Shown: piece by piece, positions 9,656 through 23,791 of the stretch
How positions within the stretch are numbered: position 1 is the first letter of the stretch
Layout of the letters: each line of letters begins with the position of its first letter
Assembly (NCBI GenBank): GCA_963675295.2
Contig: CAXXKJ010000002.1
Location: 2,080,001-2,144,000, forward strand
DNA length: 64,000 bases
Reading direction: 5' to 3'
Source of the DNA: a bacterium
Lineage (GTDB): Bacteria > Electryoneota > Electryoneia > Electryoneales > Electryoneaceae
The notes under the pieces: model-generated
Seen by the model: only the letters and a program-made list of their open reading frames with translations
The model's database searches: none
Told to the model about the DNA's origin: nothing
Translations under genes and position numbers: made by a program

Positions 9656-10536
9656 CCGATCCGTCGATCGTGATCGTTGGCGGGGGGCCAGCGGGGATTG
9701 CCGCAGCGATACAGCTGCAGCGGTATGGTCTGCATCCCGTGCTGTATGAAGCGCATGAGCTGGGCGGACTGTTGCGCAATGCCAACCTCGTTGAGAACTA
9801 TCCGGGATTCCCTGGCGGGATCACGGGCCGCGAGCTGGTCGGTTTGTTCCGGCGCCAGGTGGAACAATTCGGTGTCGATGTGCGCAATGAACGTGTTTTG
9901 ACCATCAACATTCAGCGGCAGGGCTTTGCGCTCGAGGTTGAAAACACGACACACCAGGCAGACATTGTGCTTCTGGCGACCGGCACCAACCCGATACGAT
10001 TGCCTGACGGAATGGTCGCGGAGGATTGCATCAACCTTGTCCACTGTGAAGTTATTGCGTTGAGGGAGCTGCGCGACCGTCGCGTCGCCATCATCGGGGC
10101 AGGGGATGCAGCCTTCGACTACGCATTGCAGATGGCACGGACAAACGACGTGGTCATCTATAACCGGTCGGCACGGATCAAAGCGCTGTCGCCGTTGGTG
10201 TCGCGTGTGCAGATGCATCCACACATCCAGTATGAGCTGGATCATGAATTGACCTCTCTTCGACGAATTGACGAAGACCAGCTTGAACTGACACTATCCG
10301 GACCTGATGGCGAAGTCGTGGAGGTGTTTGACCGGCTGATCTGCGCCTTGGGACGGACACCGAACCTGGATTGCATCCCGGACAACGTCGCGGAGGACAT
10401 CTCCATGCTCCGTGGTATGGACAACCTGTACGTTCTCGGCGATCTGGCGAACAACCTGTACCGGCAAACGTCGATTGCAGTGGGAAATGGGGTACAAACG
10501 GCAATGCAGATCTGGGACCGGCTGGAGTTGAAATAG
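9652..10536 (+). CDS. TrxB-like NAD(P)/FAD-dependent oxidoreductase without CxxC
   Basis: GGGPAG, VENYPGFP, ATG, GAGDAA, LYVLGD; ATGA overlap with the previous gene. Confidence 0.85.
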   Translation: MTDPSIVIVGGGPAGIAAAIQLQRYGLHPVLYEAHELGGLLRNANLVENYPGFPGGITGRELVGLFRRQVEQFGVDVRNERVLTINIQRQGFALEVENTTHQADIVLLATGTNPIRLPDGMVAEDCINLVHCEVIALRELRDRRVAIIGAGDAAFDYALQMARTNDVVIYNRSARIKALSPLVSRVQMHPHIQYELDHELTSLRRIDEDQLELTLSGPDGEVVEVFDRLICALGRTPNLDCIPDNVAEDISMLRGMDNLYVLGDLANNLYRQTSIAVGNGVQTAMQIWDRLELK

Positions 10537-11484
10537 ATGAAGGTTGTGGCGCACGCAGGCGATCCGGACCTCGCGGTGGTTTACATCGGCGAGGATGAGG
10601 CGGGACGGCGGCTGGAATTCGTTGAGTCACTGGAACCGCCCTGTCCACGTGAAGAGAAGTGGGTCAACATCATCTCAACACTCTGGGGCTGCCCGATCCA
10701 ATGCCGGTTCTGTGACGCCGGCCTGAAATACAAGGGCCGGGTCTCCTCGGAAACGATGCTGGCGCAGCTGGACGCGCTGGTGACGCGACGCTATCCGGAC
10801 CGTGTGATTCCGTCGCGTAAATGGAAGATCCAGTTCGCACGCATGGGCGAGCCGGCGTTCAACCGGGACGTAATCACCGTGTTGCGCGAACTGCCACGCC
10901 GGTATGATGCGCCGGGGCTGTTGCCTTCCGTGTCAACTGTCGCACCGAAGGGCTGCAATCGCTTTTTCAATGAACTGTTGGACGTCAAGCATGAACTGTA
11001 CCCGCACCGTTTCCAATTCCAGTTTTCGCTGCATTCGACTGATCCGCAGGAGCGACAGCACTTGATCCCGGCTCCGACGATGACGTTCGCCGAGATGGCG
11101 GAGTTCGGTGATCGCATCTATGGAGGAGAGGGGCGCAAGGTGACGCTCAACTTCGCGCTCGGAATGAGCCTGCAGGTGGACGCGAAGACTGTGCGGCGCT
11201 GGTTCAGCCCTGACACGTTCCTCATCAAGCTGACGCCGATGAATCCAACGGTTCAGGCGACACGGAACGGTCTTGTCGATCAGTCACTCGATCCGGCGAG
11301 GTTTGTATCAGAGAAGGCGGATCAGTTCCGGGATGTTGGCTTCGAGGTGATTGAATCCATCGGTGAGCTGGAAGAAAACGCCATTGGCAGCAACTGCGGG
11401 CAGTACCTCGAACGGCTGGAGTGCGAGGACGAGGCGAATGGGGCGTACACCTATGCACACGAAGAACTGACGGAGAAGGTCTGA
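10537..11484 (+). CDS. RlmN/Cfr-like radical SAM protein, truncated N-terminus
   Basis: GCPIQCRFC (CxxxCxxC), RMGEP, SLHST, C-terminal SNCGQ. Confidence 0.85.
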   Translation: MKVVAHAGDPDLAVVYIGEDEAGRRLEFVESLEPPCPREEKWVNIISTLWGCPIQCRFCDAGLKYKGRVSSETMLAQLDALVTRRYPDRVIPSRKWKIQFARMGEPAFNRDVITVLRELPRRYDAPGLLPSVSTVAPKGCNRFFNELLDVKHELYPHRFQFQFSLHSTDPQERQHLIPAPTMTFAEMAEFGDRIYGGEGRKVTLNFALGMSLQVDAKTVRRWFSPDTFLIKLTPMNPTVQATRNGLVDQSLDPARFVSEKADQFRDVGFEVIESIGELEENAIGSNCGQYLERLECEDEANGAYTYAHEELTEKV

Positions 11485-11513
11485 ACCGGACTTGTGGCAG
11501 CCAAGGCATGGAA

Positions 11514-11547
11514 GAACGGGCACTCATCGGTGGATGAGTGCCCGTTG
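11514..11547. terminator. hairpin between convergent genes
   Basis: AACGGGCACTCATC-GGTG-GATGAGTGCCCGTT. Confidence 0.6.
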
Positions 11548-11574
11548 TCGCTCTCGGAATAGCAGGGGGAAACT

Positions 11575-12111
11575 CTACTCTTCAAGCGCTTCAATCACTT
11601 TCAGGCCTTCGCGTGCTGCAGACTGTACGATCTCGGCCGGTGCGCCCTCACGGAGTTCGCTGAGCAACGGATGCATCAGTTCACGAGCCTGTTTGCCGTG
11701 CAGGTCATGCATCACATGATGCACGCTTTCGCGCAACCAGTGGGAGTCCGGGTTTTCGAGCAGGGCACGCAGTGTCGGTTTCATCGCGGGCAGTCCGATT
11801 TCGATGATACCCTCGGACGCCAGCCAGCGGATGTCGGAATCCTCATCGGTGAGGCAGTCAACCAGCAGTTCCGTGGACCGTTCCGATCCGATTTCGGACA
11901 ACGCCTTGGCCGCTTCCCAGCGCGCGGGGTTCTTCCCGTCACGCAGGATCGCCATCAGCATCGGCACCGCCGGTTCGCCGAGCACGACGAGGGATTCCCG
12001 GGCACCTTCACGTTTCATCCCGTCCTTGTGGGACAACAGGGATATCAGGGTTCTCAGCTGAGTGCGTTCGGTTGAGTCAAGTTCCGCATCAGCTTCATTG
12101 GTGGTAATCAT
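11575..12111 (-). CDS. HEAT/PBS-lyase repeat protein
   Basis: Repeated R..A..AL..IG helical units (RWEAAKALSEIG, RWLASEGIIEIG). Confidence 0.8.
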   Translation of the reverse strand: MITTNEADAELDSTERTQLRTLISLLSHKDGMKREGARESLVVLGEPAVPMLMAILRDGKNPARWEAAKALSEIGSERSTELLVDCLTDEDSDIRWLASEGIIEIGLPAMKPTLRALLENPDSHWLRESVHHVMHDLHGKQARELMHPLLSELREGAPAEIVQSAAREGLKVIEALEE

Positions 12112-12162
12112 GGTACACCTCCTTATCTGGAAAATTGTTTTGCTCTGGTTGTTTCAGGGTCT

Positions 12163-14739
12163 TCAGGCAGTCCGTGAAGCGAAGTGGATGTCTGAATGAT
12201 CCAGTAGTTTGTAAGTCTGTATCTTGAGGAAGTCGGTGATCACGAAAGTGACCAGCGCGTACCCCCAGACCATTCCCGCCAGGCCCCAGCCAATCGGGGC
12301 GATGAACCAGCCGTACACCGCGACCAGGGTTGCGAGGATTTTGGTCACAATCGCCGACCAGAACAGCAGGCCGCTCGGTTTAATCGACCAGAACGGGCCG
12401 CGTGTCCGTGTCAGGAACAGGGTGAGGTGTCCGGCGACAGCCAGCTTGAGGAAGATGAACGACTGCACCGCATCCGTGCCGAGATGCAGCACTTTCTCGC
12501 CGATGTAGAAGATGCCGAACGAGGAGAAGACACCGATTACGCCGAGTACGGTGGACAGGGTCAGCACCTCGCGCATGTTCCACTTCTCGGGGGAATTGGA
12601 GTAGCGCACATTGTCGTTCGCGATCGCCATGATCGGGGCGTCGTTGAACAGCGCCAGCAGCACGATCATCACCGCCGTCACTGGATAGAAATTGAAGACG
12701 GTGATCGCCAGCGTGATGAACAGCAGCACACGAATCGTTTCCGCGATACGATAGATCGCATAGCTGGTCATGCGCTGGAAGATCTTGCGGCTTTCCTTGA
12801 TCGCGTCGATGATGACGGACAGGCCCGGCGTGGTCAACACAATCGCGGCGGCGGATTTGGCGGCTTCCGTCGCACCGGCGACCGCAATACCAACATCTGC
12901 TTTTTTCAGCGCCGGGGCATCATTGACGCCGTCCCCGGTCATGCCGACGATGTGGTTGTTGCGTTGCAGCAGATCAACGATCTCGTGCTTGTGTTCAGGG
13001 AACACCTGCGCGAAGCCGTCGAGCTCCTCGACGGTCTGCCGGGCTTTACGGTCGGATTGGTTGGCGAATGTGTCGGCGAGCTGGATGTTGGTGCCGATCC
13101 CGATGTCGGACGCCGTCTGTTTCGCGATGGCGAGATGGTCGCCGGTGACCATTTTCACCGTCACGCCCATGTCGTGCGCCTGGTTCAGTGTTTCGGAGGT
13201 GTCGTCACGTGGCGGATCGACCAGCGCAATGATGCCCGCCAGCTGCCACGGACCGTCGCGTTTCACGCCGACCGCAAGCGAACGGTACCCTTTCGCGCCC
13301 TGATCTTCGACCACCTGCATCGCCTCGTCACGCGCGGCATCGTCGTCCTCGAGCAGCTCGAGAATCACCTGCACCGCGCCCTTGGACGTCTGGATGTCGC
13401 CGGAATCGGTGGGAATCGTCGCCTGCGTGCGTTTCTTCACCGGGTCGAACGGTTCGAAGTCGCTGACCTTTGCCTGCTGCAGGCGATCCTTGAGCCCTCC
13501 CTTATTATATGCGGCGGAAATGATCGCGCTGTCGATCGGGTCTTCGTCTTCTGCACGCGAGGCCAGCGCGGCGTAGTAGAGGATTTCCTCCTCGTCGCTG
13601 TCGCCGTACGGGCGGATATCGGTGACAGTCAGCTCATTCTTGGTCAGGGTGCCGGTCTTGTCGGAACAGAGCACGTCCATCCCGGCCATTTCCTCGATCG
13701 AGACCAGTCGGCTGACAATCGCCTGCCGTTTCGCCAGACGTGTCGCGCCGAAAGCCATCGTCACCGACAGCACCGCCGGCAACGCGACTGGAATCGCGGC
13801 GACGGTCAGCACCAGGGCAAATTCGAGTGTGTCGAGCAGGCTCTCGTTACGGAACATCGCCAGTGCGAAGATGAAGACGACGAGCACAACCGCGAACACG
13901 ATCAGGTAGTCGCCGATCTTGACGACGGCTTTCTGGAAGTGGCTGCGGGTCTTGGGGTCGGACAGCAACTGCGCGGTCTTGCCGAAGTAGGTCTTGTCGC
14001 CGGTGGCTGTGACGAGGCCGTCCATCTCGCCCTGGCGGATGTTGGCACCGGAAAACGCCTTGTCGCCGGAGTGTTTTTCGACGGGCAGCGACTCACCGGT
14101 GAGTGCGGATTCGTCGGCCGACAGGTAGTCGCCATCTGTTAAGGTGAGGTCAGCGGGGACGATGTCGCCGAGACGGACGCGGATCAGGTCGCCCGGCACC
14201 AGTTCGCTGGCGGGCAGCGTTGCCCATGATCCGTCACGTTTCGCGCGGGCTTTAAGCGCGGTTTTCTTCTTTAGCAGCTCGATGGCGTTGTCGGCCTTGG
14301 CTTCCTGCCAGAAGCCGATGACCGCATTCAACAATAGCAGCACGAGGATGATGATGAAGTCTTCCCAGTGCTGGATCACCGCCGATAGTATCATCGCGGC
14401 TTCGATCATCCATGGGATCGGTCCCCAGAAATAGCCGAGGAACTTGAGCAGCGGGTGCTTTTTCTGCTCGTGGATTTCGTTGGGACCGTACTGGTCAAGG
14501 CGTTTCGCGGCTTCGTCGCTGGACAACCCGTCGCGGGATGCGTTGAGGTCCTTCAACTGCTGCTCAACGGACGGGCCGGAGTCACTGCCTGACTTGCTGG
14601 TCTCGTTCCCGGCGGACGGTGCGGCGGTGCCGTTTCGGGCGTCGGTTCCGTTGGCTGCGGATGGTTGCTTGTTGTCGGGGGACGGCTGGCGGTTGGTCTG
14701 TCGAGTCGTCCTTTCCTGTGTATTGGTTTCTTTATCCAT
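12163..14739 (-). CDS. P3A-type proton-efflux P-type ATPase
   Basis: TGES, IPVALP, DKTGTLT, GDGVNDAP, YAIYRIAET, TM6 NDAPIM. Confidence 0.92.
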   Translation of the reverse strand: MDKETNTQERTTRQTNRQPSPDNKQPSAANGTDARNGTAAPSAGNETSKSGSDSGPSVEQQLKDLNASRDGLSSDEAAKRLDQYGPNEIHEQKKHPLLKFLGYFWGPIPWMIEAAMILSAVIQHWEDFIIILVLLLLNAVIGFWQEAKADNAIELLKKKTALKARAKRDGSWATLPASELVPGDLIRVRLGDIVPADLTLTDGDYLSADESALTGESLPVEKHSGDKAFSGANIRQGEMDGLVTATGDKTYFGKTAQLLSDPKTRSHFQKAVVKIGDYLIVFAVVLVVFIFALAMFRNESLLDTLEFALVLTVAAIPVALPAVLSVTMAFGATRLAKRQAIVSRLVSIEEMAGMDVLCSDKTGTLTKNELTVTDIRPYGDSDEEEILYYAALASRAEDEDPIDSAIISAAYNKGGLKDRLQQAKVSDFEPFDPVKKRTQATIPTDSGDIQTSKGAVQVILELLEDDDAARDEAMQVVEDQGAKGYRSLAVGVKRDGPWQLAGIIALVDPPRDDTSETLNQAHDMGVTVKMVTGDHLAIAKQTASDIGIGTNIQLADTFANQSDRKARQTVEELDGFAQVFPEHKHEIVDLLQRNNHIVGMTGDGVNDAPALKKADVGIAVAGATEAAKSAAAIVLTTPGLSVIIDAIKESRKIFQRMTSYAIYRIAETIRVLLFITLAITVFNFYPVTAVMIVLLALFNDAPIMAIANDNVRYSNSPEKWNMREVLTLSTVLGVIGVFSSFGIFYIGEKVLHLGTDAVQSFIFLKLAVAGHLTLFLTRTRGPFWSIKPSGLLFWSAIVTKILATLVAVYGWFIAPIGWGLAGMVWGYALVTFVITDFLKIQTYKLLDHSDIHFASRTA

Positions 14740-14971
14740 GGTTTCCTCCCTTGGAGCCGGAGGATACGCGATGTCTTCGTATATCCTGACCGCTGCACGG
14801 ATCAGGACGGGGATAGTTCCCTGGGTTTTTGGAGGCGGAATCCCTCTCGGGGGCGATGGCTGGCCGGAGCGGTTGGTTGGGTTCGTACGTAGCCGGGTGT
14901 TATGTTACGATATCAACTTATTTCATGATCATTATGTGGTGTGAAAAGATTCTGCGACAGGAGCGAGGGGG

Positions 14972-15883
14972 ATGAAACGGATTGCCGGTCTGCTTGTGGC
15001 CGCGCTGGCGTCGTTGACGCTGCTTGGCGCACTGCCCGAGCAGGAGAACGGTGTCTTCAGAATGGGGATGGCGCCTGTCGGTTTGAATTACGCGTTTGGG
15101 CCAGCAGGAGGCTTCATTCAATTTGATGAGCAGGAGTATGTTGACAGATTCGGCATGTTTCCGACGACCATGTTGTGGACAAACGCCGGTGGAGATTCCG
15201 TCAGCCTCAAATTGACGCTTTCCTACCGGGCGGAACCAGCCTGGCAGAAGAAATTCGAGCCGTGGGATCCTGTCCCCAAGTGGAACGAGTACGAAGACAA
15301 CCTGAACCTGATTCTGGAATCGGTCAAGACGGGGACGCGAGACACGTTGACCTGGGGCGAGATCGGCACCGGGGCGGTGAAGGTTGAGGAGCTGCCTAGC
15401 CGGGGTAACATGCTGTCAATCTATGCAAGGGCGACCATGTTCGGTCTGCGGATACCTGAAGACGGCAGCGCGTGGAAAGTGTGGACAGAACTGTGGCGCG
15501 ATGCAGGGCAGCCGGAAACGCGTGTGGATCTTGAACAGGACACGATTGTGTTTGTCCGGACGCCGATTGAGACCGCCACGGATAGCTTGAACTTCATGCG
15601 TGGTTTGAACTACACCTGGGATGATACCAGCTACTTCCAAAACGTCCAGCGGTCCTACCCGAACAGCTACATCGTAAACACCGCGCTGTTTGACTTCTAT
15701 TACCTGGAAGAAAACTGCGATTCGGTCACCGTGATCGGGAACCGGCTGATCGCGATGTGGGAGGAAGTCTATGCTGAAACGGGCGACACCACAGGGACAG
15801 GGAAGGAGCTGATCCTGGAAAAGATCCATGATATCTGTGTGGACGGGGAAGCTCAACCGCTGAAATACAAGCGCCGCCTCTGA
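14972..15883 (+). CDS. secreted hypothetical protein (303 aa)
   Basis: Signal peptide MKRIAGLLVAALASLTLLGA; SD GAGGGGG. Confidence 0.7.
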   Translation: MKRIAGLLVAALASLTLLGALPEQENGVFRMGMAPVGLNYAFGPAGGFIQFDEQEYVDRFGMFPTTMLWTNAGGDSVSLKLTLSYRAEPAWQKKFEPWDPVPKWNEYEDNLNLILESVKTGTRDTLTWGEIGTGAVKVEELPSRGNMLSIYARATMFGLRIPEDGSAWKVWTELWRDAGQPETRVDLEQDTIVFVRTPIETATDSLNFMRGLNYTWDDTSYFQNVQRSYPNSYIVNTALFDFYYLEENCDSVTVIGNRLIAMWEEVYAETGDTTGTGKELILEKIHDICVDGEAQPLKYKRRL

Positions 15884-15956
15884 TCTTGTACACCACCCCA
15901 TACCGCGTTTGATAGGGTGCGATCAGGTGTTGTGACTCTCTGCGGGTGTGGAAATC

Positions 15957-15985
15957 TTGCATTCCGGTGAAACATCGGCTATAAT
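15957..15985 (+). promoter_or_regulatory. sigma-70 promoter of the rpsF operon
   Basis: TTGCAT-17 nt-TATAAT. Confidence 0.7.
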
Positions 15986-16029
15986 CGGTGCTCTGACGTA
16001 AAGCGGTAATCCGCTCTTTGAGATGTGGG

Positions 16030-16102
16030 TTAACCTCCTGCCGGCGGGTGTGGGTTCATGGGAATCCGCGCGAACCGTTGGCCGAACAAGACCGAAGGAG
16101 AA
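16030..16102 (+). promoter_or_regulatory. probable S6:S18-binding ribosomal protein leader
   Basis: CTCCTGCC...GGCC...AGACCGAAGGAG: 5' CTCC can pair with the SD, directly upstream of rpsF. Confidence 0.55.
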
Positions 16103-16105
16103 AGC

Positions 16106-16675
16106 ATGGTTCGTCGTTACGAACTGATGGTCATCCTCGACCCGAACCAGAGTGACGAGGTGCTTCAGGAGCAGATCGACAAGATCGAAGCCCTGATCAA
16201 AGGCACCGAGGGCGGGGAGATCCTCAACCTTGACAATTGGGGCAAGAAACGCCTCGCCTATGAAATTCAGGGCCGCCCGTTCGGCGTCTACGTCGTATTC
16301 GAGTTCAACATGGATACGTCTGGCACCACCGAGCTGGAACGGCACTGCCGCCTTGACGCGTTGAATTTGCGTCACCTGTTGCTTGTCATCCCGGAAAAAG
16401 TGCTGAAGCTGAAAGAGCGGGAAAAGGAATTGAAGTCCTCGCTCGAAGAACGCCGCCGCAAGATGGCGGAGCAGTCCGAGGACGCTCCGGTGGTGGATAT
16501 GCTCAGCTCGATCGAAGAAGACGTCGACGAGTCGGACGATTCGGACGAGCAGCCGGAAGAGTCGGAAGAGAAGTCTGAAAAGCCGGCTGATGAGGCGGAC
16601 GAGAAGAAGGCCGAAGTCGCCGAAGCCGCTGAGGCGGAGGGCGAGGACGTGAAGACGGGAGGGGCTGAATCATGA
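16106..16675 (+). CDS. rpsF: 30S ribosomal protein S6 with long acidic extension
   Basis: [21 protein letters not shown]. Confidence 0.95.
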   Translation: MVRRYELMVILDPNQSDEVLQEQIDKIEALIKGTEGGEILNLDNWGKKRLAYEIQGRPFGVYVVFEFNMDTSGTTELERHCRLDALNLRHLLLVIPEKVLKLKEREKELKSSLEERRRKMAEQSEDAPVVDMLSSIEEDVDESDDSDEQPEESEEKSEKPADEADEKKAEVAEAAEAEGEDVKTGGAES

Positions 16676-16896
16676 TGTCGATCCGCAAGAAGGTTGACCG
16701 ATTCCATGAGAACGGCATCCTCTACATTGATTACAAGGACGTGAAGTTGCTGAGTCGGTTCATCACCGAGCAGGGGAAGATCATTCCCCGTCGCATCAGC
16801 GGGACCTGTGCGAAGAACCAGCGGATGCTGGTGGACGCGATCAAGCGGGCCCGGTTCATGGCGTTGCTTCCGTATGTCTCGGACACGCCGAGGTAA
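16672..16896 (+). CDS. rpsR: 30S ribosomal protein S18
   Basis: [39 protein letters not shown]. Confidence 0.96.
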   Translation: MMSIRKKVDRFHENGILYIDYKDVKLLSRFITEQGKIIPRRISGTCAKNQRMLVDAIKRARFMALLPYVSDTPR

Positions 16897-17001
16897 GTGT
16901 GGTCAACCGTCCTAAACGGTGAGCCGTTAGCAACAGCCAATATGAGGGTTGTTCGAGCTCATCCAGGCAGACTGCGTTACCGTGAAAGGTCAGATGTTTT
17001 G

Positions 17002-17029
17002 CTCAAGACTCAGGACTCAAGACTCAGGA
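17002..17029 (+). repeat. heptamer array CTCARGA x4
   Basis: ctcaaga ctcagga ctcaaga ctcagga. Confidence 0.75.
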
Positions 17030-17054
17030 CTTGAGAAGAGAGGTGGTGAAGACG

Positions 17055-17738
17055 ATGAAAGTACTTCTTCGTGAAAGTTACGAGAATCTTGGCCGCACCG
17101 GCGATATTGTCGATGTGAAGCCGGGGTTTGCGCGCAACTTTCTCGTGCCGCAGGGAATTGCGTATCCGGCGAATCCATTTTACCGGAAGCGTTTTGAGGC
17201 GGAACGGGAATCGTTGCTTCGTTTGGACGCCGAGCGTCGCAGCCGTGCCGAAGCGGTGGCGGAGCGCGCGACCGGTGCCAAGGTAGAGTTCAAGGTTCGT
17301 GTCAGCGAACGCGGGCAGATGTTTGGTGCGATTACCAACGGTAACATCGCGGACTCGTTGCACGAGCAGGGTATTGAGATCGATCGCCGGAAGATTGTGC
17401 TTCCCGCACCGATCAAGAACCTGGGTGAGCACACCGTCGTCGTGCGTCCGCACGGTGATGTCGAGTTTGATGTGCTCGTGCAGGTGATTCCGGAATCCAC
17501 GCCGGAAGCGTTGCGTGAGCTCAGCATCCGGGAGCTGGTGGAAGGTGTCTCGGAAGAAGAGCTGATGGAACAGGCAGCAGCGGAAGCCGCGGCAGAAGCA
17601 GCGGCGAATGAAGAAGCTGCCGAAGAAATGGGCGCGGAAGCCGGCGAGTCGGTTGAAATCGTTGAAATGGTGGAAGCCCGGGCAGATTCCGAGGATGACG
17701 AAGCGTCTGAGTCCGAGGAAGAGGAGAAGAAGGACTAG
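17055..17738 (+). CDS. rplI: 50S ribosomal protein L9 with acidic extension
   Basis: MKVLL..LGRTGDIVDVKPGFARNFLVP, GQMFGAIT. Confidence 0.95.
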   Translation: MKVLLRESYENLGRTGDIVDVKPGFARNFLVPQGIAYPANPFYRKRFEAERESLLRLDAERRSRAEAVAERATGAKVEFKVRVSERGQMFGAITNGNIADSLHEQGIEIDRRKIVLPAPIKNLGEHTVVVRPHGDVEFDVLVQVIPESTPEALRELSIRELVEGVSEEELMEQAAAEAAAEAAANEEAAEEMGAEAGESVEIVEMVEARADSEDDEASESEEEEKKD

Positions 17739-17777
17739 CATGCCTCGAGCATGTGGAGTCCTGCGGTCTCCTGCCAC

Positions 17778-18126
17778 TTGACGGTGCAGAATCCAGGTCG
17801 TATCATAGGCGCCGCACGACGACAGCCGGGCGCTGGAACGCCCGGTTGTTCTTTGTAAAAGCGAGGGTGGGTCGAGGTTGAGAAGAGCACGGAGGAATTC
17901 CAAATTCTTCTACTTGACTCGCTTCCGATGAGCGTCGTACCATAGATGACGCGCCGATCATCGGGTCAGTGTTCTGATGATCGGTTGTTCTGTCACATGC
18001 GGGATGGTTTTGGAAGTGAAGCCATCCACCTTCAGCTGGAAGAGCAGGTTGAAGGGACTGGGTTGCGAAGGAGGCTCCAGGGTCTCGGAGCAGCACTTGA
18101 CAGCGGGCCTCAGATAGCCGTACCGT
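17778..18126 (+). promoter_or_regulatory. three tandem rrn promoters
   Basis: TTGACG-17-TATCAT (17778), TTGACT-18-TACCAT (17914), TTGACA-18-TACCGT (18097); boxA-like TGATCTTTGACAA near 18221. Confidence 0.6.
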
Positions 18127-18313
18127 ATGGGGCTTTTGCACGGCAGGTGTTGCGAGACAAAAGCGCAACCGTTTGAGTGTAAAAGACTTCGGTGACGATT
18201 GTCACCGTTTTCATTCAGTCTGATCTTTGACAAGCGTACACGCGATAAATGTGCGGTGTCCTTGCGATCGAGAGATTGCAAACGACACAACTTACGCAAA
18301 GTGTGTCATTCTG

Positions 18314-19808
<1,495 letters not shown>

Positions 19809-19985
19809 CTAAGGAGCAGGCAGTCTTTGGGAAGCCTAGCTGGACAGAACTGGAATGACACTGCCAGGTCTGCGAAGCGAAGCTGTTGCACCCGAGGACA
19901 CTAACTGCCGAAGGTCGAACGCACATGTAAGCGTGTACGCGAAGTGTATCCCACCAATCCCGCGCTTTGCGCGGGATTGGGTTGT

Positions 19986-20059
<74 letters not shown>

Positions 20060-20113
20060 CGTAAGTGGGCTCGGCTTCGAACGGATTGAGCGCGCGGCTG
20101 TCAGGTTTTTGAC

Positions 20114-20186
20114 GGGGCGTTAGCTCAGTTGGGAGAGCACCGGCTTTGCAAGCCGGGGGTCACCGGTTCGAGCCCGGTACGCTCCA
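20114..20186 (+). tRNA. tRNA-Ala(UGC)
   Basis: GGGGCGTTAGCTCAG..CCGGC-TTTGCAA-GCCGG..GGTTCGAGCCC..ACGCTCCA; G3:U70 pair. Confidence 0.97.
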
Positions 20187-20382
20187 CAGCGGGCGTCGCG
20201 GGTAGCGAGGCCGGCATACACGGATCTTTGACAAGCGAGGTTGTAAAGAGGTCTTCCTGATTTATGCTAGTCACATGAATCAGGTCGCGGAGCGCATTTT
20301 GAGGTACAAGAAGTACATAGTAGTACAATTGAGGTTTGTAGTCCGACCTCGTCCGTTTCCTGGATAAGGAAAGAAGGATTTC

Positions 20383-23287
<2,905 letters not shown>

Positions 23288-23392
23288 GATTCTTTTTTCC
23301 TGAACCCGGAAACGGGCGAAGTCGGATTAAAGATCTGTAAGTGCGTTCTGTAGTAAAACCTCTTAACAACCTCGTTTGTTCATCGAATTTTC

Positions 23393-23511
23393 CTTTCGGT
23401 GATCATTGCGCAGGGGAAACACCTCTTCCCATTCCGAACAGAGCCGTTAAGCCCTGCTGCGCCGATGGTACTGCTTGGGTAACCTTGTGGGAGAGTAGGT
23501 CGTCACCGAGG
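23393..23511 (+). rRNA. rrf: 5S rRNA
   Basis: CCCATTCCGAAC, GCCGATGGTACT, GGGAGAGTAGGTCGTCACCG. Confidence 0.96.
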
Positions 23512-23517
23512 GACTTT

Positions 23518-23554
23518 AAACGCCCGTCGCTTTTGCGACGGGCGTTCTTTGTTT
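23518..23554 (+). terminator. rrn terminator
   Basis: AACGCCCGTCGC-TTTT-GCGACGGGCGTT-CTTTGTTT. Confidence 0.85.
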
Positions 23555-23791
23555 ATCCCCCGACCATCACACAAACTCTGACTCCTCCCGTTACCTCCGG
23601 CCAGGCTTCTCAATCCTGCCAACTCCTGATTTCGTGTGGCGTTCGCGGTTGGCGATCAGCTTCGATCCCACAACGTGATCGTCCTCCACCTCTCAGCTGG
23701 GTTTCTCAGTCAGATCATCCTTTCATCTTGCTCTATTGACTGGCAACACGTATGCTCGAACCTGGAGACATGGTTAACAAGGGGCATGACG

